This document shows positions 30,473-36,337 of a stretch of DNA of 64,000 bases, piece after piece. Numbering within the stretch: position 1 is the first letter of the stretch; the number at the start of each line of letters is the position of its first letter. This DNA comes from a virus, in IMG/VR virus record IMGVR_UViG_3300015263_000653, positions 1 through 64,000 of that record. The stretch is one strand, 5' to 3'. Below the pieces are notes generated by a model, which saw nothing but the letters and a program-made list of their open reading frames with translations, was not told the DNA's origin and did no database searches. The position numbers were made by a program, and so were the translations under genes.

Positions 30473-30680
30473 AAGGACGACCGGGGAGAACACTGAGACA
30501 ACCGATTAGCCCACCGCTACCTACTGTCTTTACCGAAACTGCTGTGACAGCCGCCAGTCTGATGACGGGTTTACCGTACCTTGGCCGAGGCGTTGTCCAC
30601 TGGAAACGGCGACAGCAAAAGTAGGCAGAGTGGACGGTGTGCGAATCGAGTCTCAGTGAAGTATCCCCGGTCCTCTCCTT
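30473..30680 (+). ncRNA. rod-shaped structured ncRNA candidate (~210 nt, 6S-like size and shape)
   Basis: Nested pairs AAGGA/TCCTT, GACCGGGGA/TCCCCGGTC, CACTGAGAC/GTCTCAGTG, CGATT/AATCG, CACCG/CGGTG, CCTACT/AGTAGG, TGCTGT/ACAGCA, CCAGT/ACTGG; ends at the next repeat (30681). Confidence 0.65.
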
Positions 30681-30729
30681 CAACACCCGCTTGTACAACG
30701 TAACAACAACACCTTCTGAGGGCCACAAG

Positions 30730-30870
30730 ATGAATCAGCGTCGGATCTACCAACTCATGACGGAGTTGGGCAAGGAACTGGAGTCGTACAATCCGCCCGG
30801 CAATGTCAAGTTCAAGGCGGCAATCGCTGGCCTGCGAGCGGCCATCAAGAGTTTGCGAGTGTTCTTCTAA
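30730..30870 (+). CDS. small hypothetical protein
   Basis: leader + GAGG SD; stop in repeat. Confidence 0.7.
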   Translation: MNQRRIYQLMTELGKELESYNPPGNVKFKAAIAGLRAAIKSLRVFF

Positions 30871-30921
30871 CACCCGCTTGGACAACGTAACAACACAACC
30901 CACTTCTCAGGAGTTCACACG

Positions 30922-31155
30922 ATGAACCACAATCCCGGCGTCAACCGCATGAAGAACATCGCCCGCAATGGCTTCCTGTCCTCGCTGGTCGCCAAGGCCC
31001 ACGCCGGGCAGCGGCCCGACATCACCCTCAAGCCGAAGGGCGTCACCTGTGAGGAACTGGAGAAGTACCTCAAGGCCAACAACTGCGGCTGGACCAAGCA
31101 CGCTGGCGGACGGTATGTCATCGGCTCCCTGCGACCGGCCCGCAAGGCAGCGTAA
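30922..31155 (+). CDS. hypothetical protein (array cassette)
   Basis: leader + SD; ends ARKAA. Confidence 0.8.
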   Translation: MNHNPGVNRMKNIARNGFLSSLVAKAHAGQRPDITLKPKGVTCEELEKYLKANNCGWTKHAGGRYVIGSLRPARKAA

Positions 31156-31284
31156 CACCCGCTTGGAGAGTGTCAGCCAACAACCCCTCAGTTACTCTTT
31201 GAGTAACTGAGGGGGAGCGGCTGGCCGGGACCAACACCCGCTTGGACCGTGTTAAGACCACAACACCTTTTTGGAGATCGAGTC

Positions 31285-31857
31285 ATGTTGAAGTTGTTTG
31301 TTCTGGAGTGCAGCACCGTCGAGGAACTGGAATCGGCAATGTCCCGCATGGGGCTGAGCAAGGTCAAGCCCGAACTGGCTGTGCTGGTCACGCCCGGTGG
31401 CAACGTCGAGGAGCCGACGCCAACGCCGCCTGCCCCCAAGGCTGACACCCGCTTGGAAAGTGTTGAGACGGAAACGACTCAACCGCCAGCCCCCAAGGCT
31501 GACGCCAAGCCGCCCCGCAAGTCGAAGCGGAAGGGTGGCGGGGGTGGCTTCCGCAAGGCAGCCCCCAAGACGTTCACCGATTTGTCGAAGCTGGAAGGCA
31601 TCGGCATCTATCACAAGGCCGATGGCACGCAGAAGGTTGTGGGCATCATCGGACGGAGCGAAGGCAAGGGCGGCAACGCTGGTCACGAGATTCTGTGGCT
31701 CGGCAACGTCGAGCGGAAGGACGGCGAGATTGTGTGCTGGTCCTTCGCCAACGGCGACCCGTGGACGCACAACGCCACCCGCTTCCCGGAAACGATCACC
31801 GATCTGGCCCCGTACAGCCCGGACTACGCCGAACTGCTGGTCGAGATGGTGGGCTAA
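31285..31857 (+). CDS. hypothetical protein with Pro/Lys linker containing a repeat copy
   Basis: PPAPKAD occurs twice around an in-frame DTRL; KPELAVL resembles KPELVAL of the next gene. Confidence 0.85.
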   Translation: MLKLFVLECSTVEELESAMSRMGLSKVKPELAVLVTPGGNVEEPTPTPPAPKADTRLESVETETTQPPAPKADAKPPRKSKRKGGGGGFRKAAPKTFTDLSKLEGIGIYHKADGTQKVVGIIGRSEGKGGNAGHEILWLGNVERKDGEIVCWSFANGDPWTHNATRFPETITDLAPYSPDYAELLVEMVG

Positions 31858-32008
31858 CACCCGCTTGGAAAGTGTCGAGAGGGGGACGACAACCCCTCTC
31901 GCTCTTTCCTCTCTCTCACTCTCAACTGCGAGTGAGTGAGAGGGGAGAGACAGACTAACACCCGCTTGTAAGTTGTGAGAGGACACAACACTAACCGAAA
32001 GGGATCGA

Positions 32009-32467
32009 ATGCTGCAAGAGTTGAAAGGGATCGTCGAGGGCATGGGCAAGAGCAAAGCCAAGCCCGAACTGGTCGCTCTGATCGAGCGAGCCGAGACGCA
32101 AGGCCAAGCCGCTGATCCGAAGCGATGGGCCTATGCGGGAGTCACCTTGATGGCCGTGATGAGTGCTGGACTCAACGGCTACGCCAACGCACAGCACGCA
32201 ACTGTGCCGATGGCAGGGTGGGCGATGGGGATTGCAATCCCCGCCATCGTCCTGATCCTCGCCCGTGTGGCAGGGATCAACTGGAAGGCAGGACGCAAGG
32301 CGATGGCGAAGGCCGGGGCTGGCGTCGGCATCGGATTGCTTGTCTTGTCAGTGTGGCACTGTGCTACTAGCATCAGCCTGCTGACTGGCAGCCATGTGCT
32401 ACTCGCACTGCCGATGGCACTGGCTATTGATGCGGGGCTGGTGTACTGCGAGTGCAACACATTGTAA
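32009..32467 (+). CDS. membrane protein (~4 TM), last cassette
   Basis: hydrophobic segments; stop in the final repeat. Confidence 0.85.
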   Translation: MLQELKGIVEGMGKSKAKPELVALIERAETQGQAADPKRWAYAGVTLMAVMSAGLNGYANAQHATVPMAGWAMGIAIPAIVLILARVAGINWKAGRKAMAKAGAGVGIGLLVLSVWHCATSISLLTGSHVLLALPMALAIDAGLVYCECNTL

Positions 32468-32913
32468 CACCCGCTTGTATTATGTAAGAGGGACACATGA
32501 CTCACTCGCTGAATCGCAGCGAGTGAGTGTGTTGCAAAAATTGTAATTGAGAAACTCTCAATTTTTTTTGTGCCATGTGGCCCATGGGGGAGGCACCCCC
32601 GCCGCTATGTCACCCCCCTCTCTTATATTAACAAGAAGAAATTTTTCAGACGCCTGCGCAGCAAAAACCGAAACTCCGAAACTTCTTTGGAGTGAGGCTA
32701 TATCTCAGAAAAGGAGAAGAAAGCGATGTTGCAAAAAATCCGCCGACAGAAAATCGTCGCACGCATATTGCGAGCGGTAGCCGAAGAAACTCAAGAGCCG
32801 TCTCTTCAGCAGATGAAAGAGGTGGCAGCCCTCGCCTGCAAGATTGCGGCGAAGGTCCATCCAGATCCGAAGCATCGGTGCGAGCACTGCGAACGACGGC
32901 AGCGTCAGTACGC

Positions 32914-33228
32914 CTAAGCCGTCTCGACGAGAATCTCGATGATCTCGTCCATCATGAATTCGAGTTTGTCGCCGCAAGTCCAAGCGGTGGCGACGACGGG
33001 ATCGTTATTCAGTTCGCCCAAGAGATCCTCTTGCTCACCGACGCCCTGAACCATGACCCACATGTATTCTCGGCGATCTCTGGCGGCAAGAAACGCCAGC
33101 TTCACAAAAGCCCCGATCAAGTCTTCGGGCTTTAGATTGTGCTCTGCGATCAACCTCTGCGTTGTGGCCTTCCGTTCCTCGTTACAGCCTTCGCAGACGT
33201 GGAAGATGTTGGCAATTGGCTCCGTCAT
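32914..33228 (-). CDS. hypothetical protein (DUF2314-like)
   Basis: VKLAF…EYMWV…GELNNDP motif. Confidence 0.6.
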   Translation of the reverse strand: MTEPIANIFHVCEGCNEERKATTQRLIAEHNLKPEDLIGAFVKLAFLAARDRREYMWVMVQGVGEQEDLLGELNNDPVVATAWTCGDKLEFMMDEIIEILVETA

Positions 33229-33467
33229 GACTCAAGGACTTCCTTTCTGCCCTTTTCGGTCAGGAATCCTTTCATGAAGGTTTCCTGCTCAAGTTCTACT
33301 TCTTCGACCCGCAACCATCCCTGATCGATGGCATAGTTCCATCCGTTGCGGAGGAACTCATTGCGAGCGGTGTGTCCGTCGAATCGGCAGTAAGTCAAAT
33401 CGAGGTTCTGTCCTGTGAACAGACGCTTGAAGGACTGCCGATATTCTTCTTCGAGGTTCTCGCTCAT
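33225..33467 (-). CDS. hypothetical protein
   Basis: translationally coupled operon. Confidence 0.7.
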   Translation of the reverse strand: MSENLEEEYRQSFKRLFTGQNLDLTYCRFDGHTARNEFLRNGWNYAIDQGWLRVEEVELEQETFMKGFLTEKGRKEVLES

Positions 33468-33703
33468 ACTACCCTCAACTCTGGTTTTTCTTCTTGGTAG
33501 CCCCAGTGTATCTTCAACAGGCTCTCGGGAACATCCTGCCCGACAGATTTCTTGGCTTCGAAAATCATCTTCGACATTTCGGGCATCATCATGGGCGCAT
33601 AGACGCTGGTAACTTTGCCGCAGTTGGGACACCAAGTGATCCCATCAGCCAGCGAAGTCATTGGAACTTTGCAGTGTCGGCACTCCCATTCACAGCCCAG
33701 CAT
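33464..33703 (-). CDS. zinc-ribbon protein
   Basis: CRHC…CPNC. Confidence 0.7.
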   Translation of the reverse strand: MLGCEWECRHCKVPMTSLADGITWCPNCGKVTSVYAPMMMPEMSKMIFEAKKSVGQDVPESLLKIHWGYQEEKPELRVV

Positions 33704-33704
33704 G

Positions 33705-33950
33705 TTATTCTCGCTTTCCAGTTCGGCCCAAGATCCTCTTCCCTTTGTGGATGACGCTCCCGCTGGGATCGACGTAGACCTTGCCACGTTCACACAACTC
33801 ACCATTGACGGTGATCGTGCGGGGGCCGTCCACATGAATTCCATGGGCGACAAGATAGGCGTCGATGGCAACAGCGACTTCATCGCCACTGAGTTTGATC
33901 TCGACGCCCGGCCCGTATTCGGTGGGGCCTTTCCCTGCTTTGACTTTCAT
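33705..33950 (-). CDS. hypothetical protein
   Basis: coupled operon. Confidence 0.75.
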   Translation of the reverse strand: MKVKAGKGPTEYGPGVEIKLSGDEVAVAIDAYLVAHGIHVDGPRTITVNGELCERGKVYVDPSGSVIHKGKRILGRTGKRE

Positions 33951-34537
33951 GATGCACCCATGAATTCTTTCCGAGGCTCATACAGCAGATGTCTGCCGGA
34001 TTCGAGTCCTTTGGGGAACTGTTGCAAAATTTGTGTCTGCCACTCGTTGGGCTGGAAGTCTTCGTGTTGAGCGAGGGTGAGGAGCATCTCCGCTTCGTAC
34101 ATGTGGCCTCGGGAGTTGGACCGATCTCGTTCCGTGAGGATTTTGCCGTTATAGAAATCACGGCACTGAGAGGCGGCGAGGCAGATGGCTCCGAGACCCA
34201 TCGTGCGGTTATTGCTGGCGAACGGGAGCCAGTCTGCCCGGATGGCGACGACGGGGATGGGATGTTCCAGAGAACCGATGATGGCAAAGCCGAAGTTGGT
34301 GGGAATCGGCAGTCCCATTGCGACATTGACAACTCGATTGCCGATCAATCGCCATGCCAAGGTGCAGAGTTGGTTGATCTCTTTGTTGGGGAAGTCTGTC
34401 CGCAGGAAGTCGATGAGGTAGTCGAACATCGTTGTGACGCTGTTGAGATGCGTCTTGAGGGGATCACCTTCTGTGAGGAACTGCTCATGGGTGAACATGA
34501 AGTCGAACAGCGGATGTTGGAACATTGGTCGTTTCAT
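33947..34537 (-). CDS. hypothetical protein
   Basis: coupled operon. Confidence 0.8.
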   Translation of the reverse strand: MKRPMFQHPLFDFMFTHEQFLTEGDPLKTHLNSVTTMFDYLIDFLRTDFPNKEINQLCTLAWRLIGNRVVNVAMGLPIPTNFGFAIIGSLEHPIPVVAIRADWLPFASNNRTMGLGAICLAASQCRDFYNGKILTERDRSNSRGHMYEAEMLLTLAQHEDFQPNEWQTQILQQFPKGLESGRHLLYEPRKEFMGAS

Positions 34538-34734
34538 GACTTCCTCGGATTCAGCAGGGGTTCATAGGATGATTCGAAGACCACGATAGCGGCGGCTTCG
34601 ATATCATCCTTGAGCACTTCGGTTCGTCCCTCGTCGGCGACGAGTCGTTTGGCGGTTTCTTCGATTTCAGTTCTGGTGGCCCTGATGATCTTGTCAAGGC
34701 GGATCACGGCATCGGCTGTGACTTTCACTTTCAT
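34534..34734 (-). CDS. small helical protein, histone-fold-like (or PCP_red-like)
   Basis: KVTADAVIRLDKII…EIEETAKRLVADEGRTEVLKDDIEAA. Confidence 0.55.
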   Translation of the reverse strand: MKVKVTADAVIRLDKIIRATRTEIEETAKRLVADEGRTEVLKDDIEAAAIVVFESSYEPLLNPRKS

Positions 34735-34745
34735 TGAAGACTCGT

Positions 34746-35216
34746 TTATCTCTTCACGAGCGTCCCGCTCTCGACAGCCCAAGCCAGTCCATGACAAGGG
34801 CAAACGTAGCACGATTGTCCTTTGACTTCTGTGGTCGCTTCGAGGCGGCAGCCTTGGTGTGGGCAATGCAGCTTCGAGAGATCGACTCTTCTGTTCTGGT
34901 TTCGTTCCTGAAGCACGGCGATTCCAGCCATTTGTTTTGTGCTGAGGGCTTCGAGTTCGACGGTGGCTGCTTCACGCACACAGCGGCGAATCTTCTTCTC
35001 GACCTTGTTCTCTGTCCCGCAGGCGAGGATGCTGTTGGGCGAAGACTCAAGGAGACGCAAAATCCGATCCGGGATGAATCTCATGTCCAGATGATGGTGC
35101 TCTTCGCCGCTGATGTCTCCGTAGTGGGTATGGAGAATAGCGAACCAGAAGTTCACACCATTAGTAACTGGCAGTTTGATGCACGGGCGGGTGTAATTGC
35201 GTCCGATCACAAACAT
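34746..35216 (-). CDS. protein with C-terminal Rieske [2Fe-2S]-type motif
   Basis: CPHQG…CPCHG; start uncertain. Confidence 0.65.
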   Translation of the reverse strand: MFVIGRNYTRPCIKLPVTNGVNFWFAILHTHYGDISGEEHHHLDMRFIPDRILRLLESSPNSILACGTENKVEKKIRRCVREAATVELEALSTKQMAGIAVLQERNQNRRVDLSKLHCPHQGCRLEATTEVKGQSCYVCPCHGLAWAVESGTLVKR

Positions 35217-35235
35217 TGTATGGCACTTTTGGGAG

Positions 35236-35631
35236 TCAGTTTCGTGGGTGGAAAATATCGTACAGATCGTTGTGCATCCGGTGCAGTGGTCCTCCCTCGT
35301 ACTTCCCGGCGTGCAGCATCCAGCACATCAAATCATATTCCGTGTGGCCGTCGTCCCCATGATCGGCCCAGATTTCGTAGAGATGGACTTGGGTTTCATG
35401 GCTGACGCCATTGAAGTTTCCCATCTTCCGCAGTTCGTCGTATGACACGAGAAATTTTTCCCGCACATACAGATCAAGTTGGTAGTAACGCCCTTGGACG
35501 GGCGTAAAGAACTCTGGCTTTTCGACCACGACTTCGGTAGGAATCCAGAAGTATCGGATGGTCGAACGGGTGAACCATCGAGGATCGGGATTGTCGATCC
35601 GCTTCATGAGTTCGGTGATCTCTAGGATCAT
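35236..35631 (-). CDS. hypothetical protein
   Basis: coupled operon. Confidence 0.7.
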   Translation of the reverse strand: MILEITELMKRIDNPDPRWFTRSTIRYFWIPTEVVVEKPEFFTPVQGRYYQLDLYVREKFLVSYDELRKMGNFNGVSHETQVHLYEIWADHGDDGHTEYDLMCWMLHAGKYEGGPLHRMHNDLYDIFHPRN

Positions 35632-35939
35632 TAGATGAAGGCCCCCATGTTTCTTCGAGCTTCGGCCTGCTCGATCTTTCGTTGAATGGCTCGTTCGGCG
35701 GCGTCGATCACACATTGTGGGCCGAACAATCGGTAAGGCATTTCCAGATGTAGGCGACGGACCCACTTCTGGATTTCGTGTTGACATCCGGGGCATTTGG
35801 GATCAGGAGGCCACGGATATCTGAGATACGATAGTTGGCAGGTGTGATGCTGCTCAGCCATCATTTCGGTGCGAGCGGACAACTGCCCCATTTGGAAGTT
35901 GATGTCGCACATCATTTTGTTGAGGACAGCGGTGGTCAT
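35631..35939 (-). CDS. hypothetical protein
   Basis: GGAGG SD; coupled. Confidence 0.7.
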   Translation of the reverse strand: MTTAVLNKMMCDINFQMGQLSARTEMMAEQHHTCQLSYLRYPWPPDPKCPGCQHEIQKWVRRLHLEMPYRLFGPQCVIDAAERAIQRKIEQAEARRNMGAFI

Positions 35940-36337
35940 TTTTCCTCCGGTTGTGAGAACATCCATTGATCGCCGTCCTTGATAATCTCCAGCCACTTTG
36001 TGTGGTCTTTGGAGATGATCTGCGGATCGAGCATAAGGCGGACTCGTCGGTGTTCGACGGTGATGCCATAGAGACTGGCGAAGAACTCTGCGGGATCATC
36101 CACCTGTTTGATGATGTAGTCCAGCTTGTGACGGAAGAGATTCTCTTCCATGTAGCTGATGTAGCTGCGAAGATCTTCGACCTTCGAGAACATGGGGATG
36201 AAGAAGTCCTCGCAGCCATTGAGAAGGACGAGCAACGGTCCAAAAGTTGGATCGAACGGAAATACGAGACCCTTGAGATCGACGGGTCGTTCGACGCCAT
36301 TCCATTTAGGCGGGCCTGTCCAGACGGATTCACTCAT
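35936..36337 (-). CDS. hypothetical protein
   Basis: coupled operon. Confidence 0.75.
   Translation of the reverse strand: MSESVWTGPPKWNGVERPVDLKGLVFPFDPTFGPLLVLLNGCEDFFIPMFSKVEDLRSYISYMEENLFRHKLDYIIKQVDDPAEFFASLYGITVEHRRVRLMLDPQIISKDHTKWLEIIKDGDQWMFSQPEEK

Larger units (their letters stand above)
23893..31214. repeat. family of perfect palindromes with core AGT(A/T)ACTC-N3-GAGT(T/A)ACT (5 copies)
   Basis: 23893-23925, 24231-24263, 24704-24736, 26419-26449, 31184-31214. Confidence 0.9.
741..32477 (+). repeat. Dispersed direct-repeat family TAACACCCGCTTG (~100 copies) delimiting a gene/ncRNA cassette array
   Basis: Copies read directly at e.g. 741, 1078, 1777, 2263, 3233, 3926, 5789, 6506, 7074, 7838, 8252, 8601, 9671, 10100, 10849, 11042 ... 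30868, 31153, 31855, 31956, 32465. All are on the + strand. Variants include TGAC-, CAAC-, GAAC- and -CCCACTTG. Confidence 0.98.

Noticed and set aside
30534-30610. Hammerhead ribozyme (CTGATGA and GAAAC both present)
   Set aside because: Stem II after CTGATGA is not followed by GAAA, and no stem III/NUH arrangement can be built.
616-31284. N-terminal extensions in the ORF track containing NTRL/TPAW/HPLG and TQH peptides
   Set aside because: They are translations of the repeat and leader; the true starts lie downstream of the GGAGA SD.
741-32477. CRISPR array
   Set aside because: The repeat is only 13 bp, spacers are 60-800 bp and mostly whole genes, and no cas genes are present in the window.
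741-32477. Canonical integron/superintegron with attC sites
   Set aside because: There is no complementary L'/R' arm (GTTRRRY) to form the attC hairpin, junctions are often under 45 bp, and no integrase is visible.
6-32505. Long minus-strand ORFs over the array (e.g. 9287-10396, 11138-12355, 12716-13993, 28269-29303)
   Set aside because: These are antisense shadows of the + strand genes. They cross repeats (recurrent KRVL/QAGV peptides), lack SDs and have implausible composition.
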